Assembly (NCBI RefSeq): GCF_006345805.1
Contig: NW_021835919.1
Coordinates: 1-54,376, forward strand
DNA from: Octopus sinensis
Taxonomy: Eukaryota
DNA length: 54,376 nucleotides
Direction of reading: 5' to 3'
The notes below the pieces were generated by a model. The model ran no database searches, was not told the DNA's origin, and worked only from the letters and a program-made list of their open reading frames with translations. A program made the position numbers and the translations under genes. Shown piece after piece: positions 39,466-51,898 of the stretch (the stretch's first letter is position 1; every line of letters begins with the position of its first letter).

Positions 39466-40064
39466 CTACCTCAAGGTTCTAGATATATTCCAGGCCAGCA
39501 TCCACAATCAAGCTGTCTATGGTAAGTGTGACAATGTTTTGCTCTTCTTACATCACCATGAAGTGGGTCCCACAAGACTACTTTGGATGCTTTCCAGTTC
39601 AGGGTGGCACACACAGTGACCAGATAATCACAGCTGTCTTTGCCTGATCTTCTCACTAACTTTAGGCAGGCCTCCACAAAGGCATTCAGTTGTCATGAGT
39701 TGCTGCCATTTCATATTTAGGGCCATTCGTAGCATCCTTGTGCAGCATCCATTTAGCCTGTTCGTTAATTCTTTGGTCAGTGTCCATGTTTCGTTGCCAT
39801 ATAAAAGCACTGATTCGACAATTGCAATGAACAGCTTGGCTTTGATTTTCCTGGACAATGTGGAGTTCCAGACTTGTGACAGGCTGTCCATGCTTGTGCC
39901 TTCCTGATCCTGATGTCTGCTGCCCAACTGCTCTCCCAACCACCCAAGTACTTTGGATGCTTTCCAGTTCAGGGTGGCACACACAGTGACCAGATAATCA
40001 CAGCTGCCTTTGCCTGATCTTCTCACTAACTTTAGGCAGGCCTCCACAAAGACATTCAGTTGTC
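39466..40064 (-). mobile_element. RTE-clade LINE fragment (RT C-terminus); its 3' end continues at ~37195-37270
   Basis: VWNSTLSRKIKAKLFIAIVESVLLYGNETWTLTK...RMLRMALNMKWQ..., with stops and frameshifts. Confidence 0.85.
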
Positions 40065-41146
40065 TTCAGCAACATTCAATTGGGAACCACTCAAAGCAAA
40101 TAGTTCATGATGTATAAATAACCAAGATCACAACAATTCTGACAGAAGGGGGCATGTTTATTACGTCAACCCCCAGTGCTTGACTGGCTCTTTATTTTAT
40201 TGACCCAGAAGAGACTGCAAAGATGACTGCAGAAAGGATTTGAACTTAGAACTTAAACAGTGGGAAGAAGTGGTGCTAAGCATTTTTTCTAATGTGTTAG
40301 CAATTCTGCCAGCCTGCTTTCTTATTTATCCACACCACAAAGATTTAAAAAATCATTTGCTTGCAAAAGGGGTTTAGGCAGTCAAGGGTTGATTTGAGGA
40401 AGATGTGGGTGTTATTTTTAGCAAGTTGAGCAACTACTCGGACCTATAGTTCTAAACCAATGAGAAACAAAATATTACTGAGGAAAAAAAAAAAAAAAAA
40501 TTGTTACTTTCAGGCAAAAATCCTTGTCATATTTGTTCAGCCCAAGTTGCATAGAAATTCCCTTGTCATTGTTATAGATACAACAAACCATTGATTTGCC
40601 TGTCAGAAACCAGTACCAATAATGCTATTGTTCACACAATATAAATGACACAAAGTAAATAAATAAAATAAATAAATAAACAAATAAATAAATATGGTTG
40701 GTTGGTTGGTTTGTTGGTTGGTCAGTCAGTCAGTCGGTTGGTCTTTTAGTAAGAATAAAAGTTCAAAGGTTAACATTGAACATTTTCCTCTTTTGAGGAA
40801 GTTCTTCAGTTCTTGAAAAGACGAATATATTTCTGCAGGAGTTTTCTATTGTTTAGCCCCGAGTCAACCCTGATCGATCTGAACTGTGATCAAAAGAATT
40901 GTCGTCATGATCATCTTGTTATTTAAAAATTTTTCCCTTTTTCTTTTCTTTTCCTATTTTTTTGTTACGCAGACGCTTTATTTCTAACAACATTTATCTA
41001 AAATATCTAGGGGGTTTTATTTTGCTTTTCCTTTTGTTGTTTTCTAAATTTAAAGCACTGAAATGTAATCTCAGAAAAATGATATTTGACTGGTATTTTT
41101 AGCAGGTCAAATGATCACCAAGAAACTTTGTAAATTCTGTTTACAA

Positions 41147-41382
41147 AGGCGGCGAGTCGGCAGAAATGTTAGCACACTGGGCAAAATGCTTAGCGGTATT
41201 TCATTTCCTGTTACGTTCTGAGTTCAAGTTCCGCCGAGGTCATCTTTGCCTTTCATCCTTTCGGAGTTGATTAAATAAGTACCAATTATGCACGGAGGTT
41301 GATGTAATAGACTTACTCCCTTTGTCTGTCCTTGTTTGTCCCCTCTGTGTTTAGACCCTTGTGGGCAATAAAGAAATAAGAA
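41147..41382 (+). mobile_element. SINE family B
   Basis: Same consensus as 1775-2005. Confidence 0.8.
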
Positions 41383-41714
41383 ACTTTGTAATCTCAGATG
41401 TTGTCATCGTTGTCGTCATAGACATCATCATCATTATCACTGTCATCATCCTCATCACCACCACCACTACCACCATCATCAACGTCCACTCTCCCAGGCT
41501 TGCATTTGTCAGATGGCATTTATTGAGGCAGATTCTCTACAGCCAAATGCCCTTCCTATCACCGATCCCTTAAATGTTCCCAAGCAAGGAAATATTCCCC
41601 CACAGTGGGAATATTAAAAAATGTTTTCACAGAATAAAAGAAACGAATGACATTCACTTACAACATTGTCAGGACAAAGAAGCAAATACACACACACACA
41701 CACACACACACTTT

Positions 41715-42115
41715 TATTTTCTTTTATTTGTTTCAGTCATGCTGGAGCACCGCCTTTAATCAAGCAAATCGACCCCAGAACTTATTCTTTGTAAGCCTAG
41801 TACTTATACTATCGGACTCTCTTGCTGAACCGCTAAGTTATGGGGACGTAAACAAACCAGCACCAGTTGTCAAGCAATGGTGGGGGGACAAACACAGACA
41901 CACAAACATATACACATACACGTACATATAAGATATGTATATACATATAGACGATGGGCTTCTTTCAGTTTCCGTCTACAAAATCCACTCACAAGGCTTT
42001 GGTCAGCCTGAGGCTATAGTACAAGACACTTGCCCAAGGTGCCATGCAGTGGGACTGAACCCGGAACTATGTGGTTGGTAAACAAGCTACTTACCAAATA
42101 GCCTCTCCTACACCT
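41715..42115 (-). mobile_element. SINE family A
   Basis: Same consensus. Confidence 0.85.
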
Positions 42116-42128
42116 ATATCTATATCTT

Positions 42129-42193
<65 letters not shown>

Positions 42194-42321
42194 GCATTCT
42201 GCTGTAGAAACATTGCCAGATAAGACTGGAGCCTGGTGCAGCCTTCTGGCTTCCCAGATCCCCGATCGAACCGTCCAACCCATGCTAGCATGGAGAACGG
42301 ACGTTAAACGATGATGATGAT

Positions 42322-42532
42322 ATAGTTAATCCAAACAAGAAAGCACAAAAAAACACAACAACGTGAGGACGTGGAACAAATATAGTATTATTGGACGCTC
42401 AGGAAAGAAGGAAAGGAAGAGGGTCTAACGTTTCGAGCGGAGATCTTCGTCGGAAACATAGGAGAAGGAAAGATCCAGAGAAGGGCAGACAGAGGAAAAA
42501 TATCACCAATGGTACACACGAGGTCTCATTTT
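42322..42532 (-). mobile_element. Second copy of the PLE-like remnant (hammerhead stems mutated, 42423-42457)
   Basis: Aligns by eye along its full length with 7703-7914. Confidence 0.55.
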
Positions 42533-43139
42533 GACGGTGGGCTTCTTTCAGTTTCAAATCCACTCACAAGGCTTCCGTCAGCCTGAGGCTATAGCAGAAG
42601 ACACTCGCCCAAGGTGCCACGCAGTGGGACTGAACCCAGAACCATGTGGTTGGGAAGCAAGCTACTTACCCACACAGCCACTCTTATGCCTATAGAAAAT
42701 AATTATAATACCCTGATTTATGGATGTGATCCAGCAGAGAAGCATGCAACAGTGAAACTGAGAGGTGCTTTAAAGGATCTCCACTTACTCTCAAATCAAT
42801 AATGACAGAATTAATTACAGCCAAGGTGATGACATGCAATATTTGTAACCCCAAAGGTGTCATTGATATTAAATATCTCCACGCAGGCGAAATATTGTCT
42901 GCTTAACTCTTTATGACAGCAATTAATAATTCAAAGAATCGGTTTTCAACAAAAATGAAGAAATGGGGAAAATTATGAAGCAGTGTTTCTTTTTTCCATG
43001 ACAATTACGATTCCAAACATTTTCACTGCTAAGAAAGGACCTGATGCCCCCTTTTTTTTATATCAACGTATTTTCCCATGGGTTGGAAAGGTCTTTTGAA
43101 AGGTCAGTCTGTCTGTCTGTCTCTTTTTTTTTTCTTTTT

Positions 43140-43528
43140 TCTTTTTACATGTTTCAGTCATTTGACTGCGGCCATGCTGGAGCACCGCCTTTTAGTCGAG
43201 CAAATCGAACCCGGGACTTATTCTTTTGTAAGCCCAGTACTTATTCTATCGGTCTCTTTTTGCCGAACCACTAAATGACGGGAACGTAAACACACCAGCA
43301 TCGGTTGTCAAACAATGCTAGGGGGACAAACACACACACAACACACATATATATATATATATATATATGACAGGCTTCTTTCAGTTTCCGTCTACCAAAT
43401 CCACTCACAAGGCATTGGTTGGCCCGGGGCTATAGCAGAAGACACTTGCCCAAGATGCCATGCAGTGGGACTGAACCCAGAACCATGTGGCTGGTTAGCA
43501 AGCTACTTACCACATAGCCACTCCTGCG
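43140..43528 (-). mobile_element. SINE family A
   Basis: Same consensus. Confidence 0.85.
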
Positions 43529-43749
43529 CTGTCTACCTGCTTAATGCATTTTAAATTCGGTTCATGGATCCTTAGATTTTACTTTGTTGACCGCTAAAAA
43601 ATAAGGGTCCGGGCAGTACTGGATTCACCATTTAGCAAAGTAAGCATGTGCTTAGGGCATCAAGGGAAGAAGGGGGCACCACAGAAATGGTATATGGTTT
43701 ACAGCACAAAAGAAATTACTTTCAACTTGCTAAAATAACATTCGGGATG

Positions 43750-43832
43750 CCTTTATCTCTACTAAGTATAGATGCAGATGTGTTGCCTAAGATTAATTTT
43801 GAGGATCTGATCAAAGACTTTGCAATTCAAAA
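43750..43832 (+). pseudogene. hAT transposase C-terminal dimerization-domain remnant
   Basis: LSLLSIDADVLPKINFEDLIKDFAIQKSR resembles the hAT/ZMYM1-like terminus L..LSIE......d.e.lI.dFA..K.R. Confidence 0.6.
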
Positions 43833-44284
43833 AAGTAGGAGTCTTGTGCCTTCCCAGCTCCTGCCAAACCATCCAACCCAAGTCATCATGGAAAACAGAC
43901 ATCAAAAGATGATGATGATGATGGCACCTTGGGCAAGTGTCTTCTACTATTGTCTCAGACCAACCAAAGTCTTGTGGGTTGGAAAACTGAGTTGCCAATT
44001 TTGATGTATGAGGTATCAAAAGATTGCACACCAACTCTTTTTTACTACAAAACTAACCTCAAAAACAAGGTCGGGTCACACAATTTTGAAGTCATTTTCA
44101 GGTAATATTCTGATTTGCTTTTAATCTACGTTGCCAATTTTAATGGTTTTGATGTCAAAAAATGCAGCAATGTACAAGGAGAGTTATGAATGCATTTTTG
44201 ATGCACAAAACCCTATTTCTCAACGGAGAATAACCTAAATCCATGCTTTTTTGGCACAATTACTGGCAGATTTTCTGTACCATC

Positions 44285-45102
44285 CACTTCTGCTTTTTTA
44301 TTTTTTTCAAAATATTTCTTCAGATTTCTATGTTTGCGATATAGGAAACTATGATTTTCCCCCAAAATCACGTTTTCAAAATTTTTATTTCCCCACTTGC
44401 CCCACCTCAATTTCTTAATTCTTAAGTTTTTTTCCAATTTTCTTTTAATCCACATAGAAAAACACAAAGGTTACAAATCTGAATTTTTTTTAATTTTTAA
44501 TTTTCTTAAAACACTCAATGCCCCTTCCCCCACCTTGCCCACCCATCACCTCTCTGCTTTCAAAAAGCTAAAACCACAGAATGTTTCCCTTTCGTCTGAT
44601 GTTTCATGCATGCATAGGATTCTACTGAAATGGCAGACGTTAAAAATATCAAACCATCACCAGAAAACCCGATATGCTAGAGACAACAGCTGGATGACAT
44701 TATTTCTGAAAGAACTTCCCCACTTTCATAAAAGATAAAAGTGAATCATTCTGACATTTTTAGCTTTTTGAAAATGGGGAGATGATGGGTGGAGGTTGGA
44801 GGCAGGGATTTAAGTGTTTCTTTAAGAAAAATTAAAAAACAAAATTTTAAAAGATTCATAATTTCTGTTTTTCCAAATGGATTACCAAAAAATTTTCGAA
44901 AAAAGTTTAAAAATTAGGATGGGGAGTGGGGGAAGTAAAATTTTGAAAAGGTCTTTTTTGGGGCAAAATCCAAATCTCTGATAGCGAAAACATAGGAACC
45001 CAAAAGGAGTTTCCAAAAAAAAAAAAAAAAGGGAGATGCAGATGAAACCTCTGCCATGCTAGAAACAACAGCTGAATGATACAATTTCTGAGAAAAACTT
45101 CC
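44285..45102. mobile_element. Diverged foldback / long inverted-repeat element
   Basis: Arms ~44285-44595 and ~44730-45045 (e.g. ttcaaaaagctaaaa / ttttagctttttgaa); direct repeat at 44674-44719 and 45057-45102. Confidence 0.6.
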
Positions 45103-46129
45103 ATTTAAATTTATATCAAAGATCAGGTTTTTAAACATGCTCATCACAAATTTGAATTACAAAATAAAAAAACGTTAACAGAGTTCTGAATGAAGTACAT
45201 ACTAAAACTCATAACGTTTTTATTTTTAAGAATTTTCACAAATTTTTTTCACTTAGATAATGGAATTAATACGATTATCCAATAAAAAAAAAATATTTTA
45301 AAAATCTTCTCCGCCATCCCCATACCACTACAATTTCAAAACTTTCCATTGTCTTTCAATTTTTTTTTTTTTTCTTTTTAAATCTTTGGTTTTAAAATGT
45401 GGGCAATCCGATTCTGCCATTCGTTTCTCTTTATAATTTCCAAATAATTTCTTAAATACTTTGAAATCAAAATTGTTGGGTGTTTGCGTTAGACAAAATC
45501 ATTTACCAGCAGAAAATTATGTTATTAAAATATATTATCTCTAACATACCTTTAAATTGTTGTGAGAAAAACATTTACTAACAGAGAATTATGTTACGAA
45601 AATAAATTATCTGTAACACCTTTAAATTACAGCAGATAGAGTATCAAAACCTGAAAACTTGTCCACAAAGTGTGCAATTCAAATTTTGATTTGATTGTGA
45701 TCTTCTTGCTAGGGGTCACTCTTATTTCTAAAAAAAAAAAACAACAGGGGTCTGTTTTGTTAGAAATAAAGAGAGAGTAAGTATTGTGCCATTCTTCAAA
45801 TTTTCCCAGCAAAGGAAATTTTGCGTATTTGCAAAATATGACAACAGAGCAAAGAAGGGTCCTGTTTATTTATTCTACCAACACTGGGGAGACGGAAGAC
45901 ATAGTATACCCAGAAGAATTGCGGGCTTCACTGAATATTAGCTGAAGTGTGCAGTCTGCCCAAATATTACAGAGATGGCGCTTTTCACAATAAAGCAGCT
46001 TTCTTTCAATGCAATGCAGATACCTCTACGTCCTCATTCGGCATCAATTTCTTTAGATCCCTAAGTCTTGATTGCTTACTTTCACATATTTGCACTCAAA
46101 AGCAAAACAAATTCCTTTTCTCATGCATC

Positions 46130-46294
46130 GCTGTGTGGTAAGTAGCTTGCTTACCAACCACATGGTTCCGGGTTCAGTCCCACTGCGTGGCACTTTGGGC
46201 AAATGTCTTCTACTATAGCCTCGGGGTGACCAAAGCCTTGTGAGTGGATAAGGTAGACGGAAACTGAAAGAAGCCCGTCGTATATATGTATAGG

Positions 46295-46329
<35 letters not shown>

Positions 46330-46538
46330 TTGTGTGTCTGTTTGTCACCCCAACATCGTTTGACAACCGATGCTGGTGTGTTTACGTCCCCATAATTTAG
46401 CGGTTTGGCAAAAGAGACCAATAGAATAAGTACTAGGCTTACAAAGAATAAGTCCTGGAGTCGATTTGCTCAACTAAAGGCGGTGATCCAGCATGGCCAG
46501 AGTCAAATGACTGAAACAAGTAGAGTAAAGAATAAAGA
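46130..46538 (+). mobile_element. SINE family A
   Basis: Same consensus. Confidence 0.85.
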
Positions 46539-46993
46539 TTATATACAGATATATATAATACTGAGTGAACATCTTATACATTGACACACACACACACATC
46601 AACATAAATATATACATAGATATATACAGGTCTGGCAATACGCTTGATAAATGCTAATGCATGGAATTCTCGGCCCTTGAGTCACTCTGTAACTTCTGCC
46701 AAATATTGATAAAAAACACTTTTATGCATATACATACATGTATGTATATGCATATCTATCTATCTATCTATCTATCTATATATATATATATATATATATA
46801 GATAGATAGATAGATATAGATATATGTATATATATTTATATATAGGTACACATGTATCGTATACAGTCATATATATGTATACACATATATACTTATATAT
46901 ACATATATATACATACATATATGTATATATATCTATCTATATATATATATATATGTATGTATGTATATATATGTGTGTGTGTGTGTGCGTGCA

Positions 46994-47030
<37 letters not shown>

Positions 47031-47065
47031 GCATATATATATATGTATATATATGTGTGTGTGTA

Positions 47066-47122
<57 letters not shown>

Positions 47123-47791
47123 TCACACACACGTGTGTATGATGTATGCTTGTATGATGCAAATATCACGAATATATAACTCACTGATCTGAAGAAGACT
47201 GTCAGTGGTTAACGACAGATATATCAGGAACAGCGAAAGAGAGATCTGGACAGAAGATTGTCGGTGGTTAAAGACAGACAGATAGATCTGGGCGGAAGAT
47301 AGCCAGCCAGAAAGATAGACAGACCGACACAGTGATCATATCTTGGTAGTGGTTATCTGTTTGGCTCCACATATTTCATTTCCTGAGTATTCAATGCAGT
47401 CACTGTACAAATAAACTGCCAAGTAACTTGGCTTTTGATGTTTAGAAGATATGAAGTGGTTGTGAATGCAGAGGGCTGGTGGTGGTGGTAAAGGGGGAGG
47501 AGGTGGTGGTGGTGGATGTGCTGTGTGGTGGTGGCGGCAGTGGTGGTGTCGTAGTGTACATAACAGCAATGTGGTGTAAATATGGTGAGACTTCTGGTGT
47601 GGAGTAGTGTGGAAAGATGACACGAAGCTACACACACTTATATATATATATATGTATGTATGTAGTATGTATGTATGTATGTATGTATATATATTGTCAG
47701 CGTATCCATATACATATCCGAGAAAGAAGCACACTCTAAAAGCATTGAGCAGTAATGTATTTGTTTGCAGATAAGTCTAAATCCGTTCACA

Positions 47792-47856
47792 GAGTGACCA
47801 ATGGTTTTGAATCCATGGGGCTTAGCCCTTTATGGATGTGAAACCATCGGTCACTC
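47792..47856 (+). ncRNA. Candidate pre-miRNA hairpin
   Basis: GAGTGACC/GGTCACTC, ATGGTTT/AAACCAT and ATCCAT/ATGGAT pair in register. Most other positions are G-U on the + strand. 65 nt, unique sequence. Confidence 0.55.
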
Positions 47857-47948
47857 AATGACCAGACATATACTTAACTGCATATATATATATATCATCA
47901 TCATCATCATCGTCGTTTAACGTCCGTTCTCCATGCTAGCATGGGTTT

Positions 47949-47979
<31 letters not shown>

Positions 47980-47994
47980 TATATAATATATATA

Positions 47995-48282
47995 TCATGT
48001 GATCACGTGACCGACCAGACCATCAGATGTTGTTACACATCGCTGGTCACAATGCGTCCGCATTGTTTTAGCCTTCGAATGACGCCACCCCGCAGCAGAA
48101 GGAAGAGTGGGAGCAAGAGTGGTAAAAGAGTACAGCAGGGATCACTGCCCCCTGCCAGAGCCTCGTGGGGCTTTTTTGGTGTTTTCGCTCAATAAACACT
48201 CACATCGCCCGGTCTGGGAATCGAAACCGCGATCCTACCACCGTGAGTCCGCTGCCCTAACCACTGGGCCATTGCGCCTCCA

Positions 48283-48283
<1 letters not shown>
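47995..48283 (-). mobile_element. SINE family C (tRNA-Arg-like head gtggaggcgcaatggcccagtgg)
   Basis: A box tggcccagtgg, B box ggtttcgattccc; partial + copies at 5527-5630 and 15684-15880. Confidence 0.75.
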
Positions 48284-48363
<80 letters not shown>

Positions 48364-48739
48364 ATATATATATATATATAATATATATGTATATGTATAT
48401 GTGTGGGATGGCTGTGTGGTCAAGAAGATTGTTTCCTAGCCTGAGGTTTTGGGTTCAGTCCTATTATGTTGTGTGGTAGATTGGTGCCTTGGGCAATAAC
48501 TTCTATTGAACCTCCAGGCCAAACAATGCTTCTTGAGGGAATTTGATAAATGGAATCTATACAAAAGCCAGTGAGATTTGTACGTCTGTGTGGGCACATA
48601 TGTATGAATGTTTGCATATATGTGTGCGTGTGTTAGCCAAGTCCATTAGAAGAGTTCTCTGTGATAGCCAAAGGATTCTACAAATCCATACATTACACTA
48701 CAAATTTATACACACACACACCACACACACTTTATTTGA

Positions 48740-49362
48740 TTTCGGGTTCAGTTCCACTGTGTGGTACCTTGGGCAAGTGTCTTCTACTACAGCCTTGGGC
48801 CGACCAAAGCCTTGAAAGTGGATTTAGTAGATGGAAACTGAAAGAAGCCTACTGTGTATATGTGTGTGTGTATATCTATTTATGTGTGTAAAAGGCGGTG
48901 AGCTGGCAGAACCGTTAGCACGATGGGCGAAATGCGTAGCGGTATTTCGTCTGCCATTACGTTCTGAGTTCAAATTCCACCGAGGTCGACTTTGCCTTTC
49001 ATCCTTTCGGGGTCGATAAATTAAGTACCAGTTACGCACTGGGGTCGATGTAATCGACTTAATTCATTTGTCTGTCCTTGTTTGTCCCCTCTATGTTTAG
49101 CCCCTTGTGAGTAGTAAAGAAATATATTTATGTGTGTGTGTATCTATTTATGTGTGTGTGTGTCTTTGTGCCTGTCCCCTCACTGTCGCTTGACAACCGA
49201 TGCTGGTGTGTTTACATCCCTTAGCAGTTCGGCGAAAGAGACCAATAGGATATGTACTAGGCTTACAAAGAATAAGTAAGTCCTGGGGTCAATTTGCTCC
49301 ACTAAAAGCAGTGCTCCAGCATGGCCACAGTCAAATGACTGAAACGTGTAAAAGAGTACAAG
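48740..49362 (+). mobile_element. SINE family A with a nested Meta-type SINE (48892-49122)
   Basis: The nested copy is flanked by tatttatgtgtgt on both sides (TSD-like). Confidence 0.8.
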
Positions 49363-49479
49363 AGATATATGAATATTTATGTAAGTGTTTGCAAGTCACA
49401 TGACTTCATGGAGGATTTCTCATTAGTGGTGTGGTTGGATAGAGGGGAGGGGCTGACAGTGAAGCTCGTGGTTGGTCAT

Positions 49480-50485
49480 GTGGTAATGGTTAGTGGATGT
49501 AGTGGTGGTGGTGGTGGTGCTTGTGGTTAGTAGTAGTTTGGCGTCATTAATTGGTGGTTAGTAATAGCAACGGTTGTTAATGATTGTTAACCGTAATGAG
49601 ACAGGTAGCAACAAGTTATTAATTTGTGGTAATGGTGGTATTGGTGGTGGTGGTAGTGGTGACGGTGGTGGTTGTGATGATGGCGGTAGTGGCGGTGATG
49701 ATGGTGGTGGTGTTGTGGCGGTGACGATGGTGGTGTAGCCGGTGACTGTGGTAAAAGCGAAAGGGAAAGTTCTGCTGCCACTGGTGGAGATGGCGGCGGT
49801 GGTGGTGGTGGTGGCGGTGGTGGTGGTGGGTGGCGGGGTGGCGGTGGTGGCGGAGGTCGGTGGTGGTTGGTGGCGCGGTGGTGGTGGTGGGTGGTGTGGT
49901 GGTGGTGGTGGCGGGCAGGTGTGGTGGTGGTGGTGGTGGTGGTGTGCGGCGGCGGCGGTGGTGGTGGTGGTGGCGGCGGCGGTGGTGGTGGTGGTGGTGG
50001 TGGTGGTGGCGTAGTGGTGGTGGTGGTGGTGGCGGCGGTGGTGGTGGTGTGGTGGTGGGTGGTGGCGGCGGGTGGTGGTGGTGGTGGTGGTGGCGGCGGC
50101 GGTGGTGGTGGTGGTGGCGGTGGTGGTGGTGGCGGTGGTGGTGGTGGTGGTGGTGGCGGTGGTGGCGGTGGTGGTGGTGGCGGTGGTGGTGGTGGTGGTG
50201 GTGGTGGTGGTGGTGGTTGCTGCTGCTGCCATCATGGTCTTATGAGACATAATGAGGAAGCTTTTCTAATTGGTGCCAGTTAGTTGTTGGGGGGGTGGGG
50301 TGGGGGGGGCCATAGGTAGGAGTTAATAGGGACTGAGGTGGTGGTGGTGGTGGTGGTTATTGGTAGTGGTGCTTCTGGTGGCAGTTGTAGTAGTGGTGAT
50401 GGTGGTGGTTGTAGTATTTGTTGGTGGTTGTAGTGGTAGTAGTCGGAAGTGGTTGTTGAGTGGTGGTGGTGGTTGTGATGGAAGT
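49480..50485. repeat. (GGT/GGC)n array
   Basis: Direct reading. Confidence 0.95.
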
Positions 50486-50744
50486 AGTACAACGATTTGA
50501 AGTCATTGCAATGTTGCTACAGTAAGTGTTGAAGTAACAGATTGTTCATGTTGTTATTTAACCCCAGGTCAACCAGGACTGAGCAGAACCTGCCACCAAA
50601 TAAAATATACTGAATCAGTATATTGTGCAAGGGTTGGCCGATTGGTTAAGGAGCTTGCTTTAAACTGCATGGTTTTGGGTTCAATCTCACCTTGGGGCAA
50701 GTGTCTTCTATTGTAGCCCCATAGCCTCAATCCAACCAAGGGCT

Positions 50745-51022
50745 TTAGTCAAATGAATCAACCCTACTATATTTTTCTTTTTAAAGTCTGCTACTTATTC
50801 TGCCAGTCTTTTTTTTCGCCAAACTACTAAGTAATGGAGACATAAACAAACCAACACTGGTTGTCAAGTAGTGGTGAGGGGGAACAACCACAAAGATACA
50901 TGTACACACGCATACTTACACACACATACATGCATGCATGCATGCATGCATACATACATACATACATACATGCATGCATGCATGCATGCATACATACATA
51001 CATACATACATACATACATACA

Positions 51023-51058
<36 letters not shown>

Positions 51059-51300
51059 TATATACAACAGGCTTCCATGCAGTTTCCATAGCAGATTCAC
51101 TCTTAAGGCTTCCACATATTTTCCACACCAAACTGATTGGTTTCTGCACAGTTTCCACACCCAAATATGACAAGCATCCATGCAATTTCTGTCAACCAAA
51201 TTCATTCTTAAGGCAATGGTCAGACCAGGGTTATAAAAGAAGACACTTGCCCAAGGTGCAGCACAATGGGATTGAACCCAAAGTGATTTGGTGTCGCAAG
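50745..51300 (-). mobile_element. SINE family A, old copy with expanded (CATA)n
   Basis: Diverged consensus. Confidence 0.65.
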
Positions 51301-51524
51301 TGAAGCAGCTGTGACCCCTACATATAATGATTCACGGGATTATAATCAGGGATGGTGGAATCGTGGAAATTCTCTGAGAACAAATTCTGACACTTTCTGA
51401 ATGAATAACAAGTCCCCTCCACTTATATACAGTTGTGTGAGTGTGTGTGTATATATATATGTTTATGTGCATACATGTGGGTATATATATGTGTATGTGT
51501 GTGTGTATATATATATATATATAT

Positions 51525-51898
51525 ACTCTTTTACTCTTTTATTTGTTTTAGTCATTTGACTTTGGCCATGCTGGAGCACAGCTTTTAGTCGGGCAAATCG
51601 ACCCCAGGACTTATTCTTTGTAAGCCTAGTACTTATTCTATCAGTCTCTTTTGCTGAACTGCTAAGTTATGGAGATGTGAACACACCAGCATTGGTTGTC
51701 AAGCAATGTTGGGGGAACAAACACACACACACATATATACAATGAGCTTCTTTCAGTTTCTATCTACCAAATCTACTCGAAGGCTTTGGTCGGCCCGAGG
51801 CTATAGTAGAAGACACACTTGCCCAAGGTGCCACGCAGTGTGACTGAGTCCGGAACCATGTGGTTTGTAAGCAAGCTACTTACCACACAGCCACTCCT
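51525..51898 (-). mobile_element. SINE family A
   Basis: Same consensus. Confidence 0.85.

Noticed and set aside
42717-42729. 13-nt identity (tttatggatgtga) with the 3' arm of the 47792 hairpin
   Set aside because: Short AT-rich match with no paired arm; probably chance.
47384-47432. miR-12-like seed TGAGTATT
   Set aside because: Only the seed matches; fold-back is poor and the local palindrome gccaagtaacttggc competes.
48205-48283. tRNA gene
   Set aside because: tRNA-like SINE head continuing into SINE body; no clean cloverleaf or terminator.
49558-50283. Poly-Thr/Gly/Pro mucin-like ORFs
   Set aside because: (GGT)n artefact with no splice or domain support.
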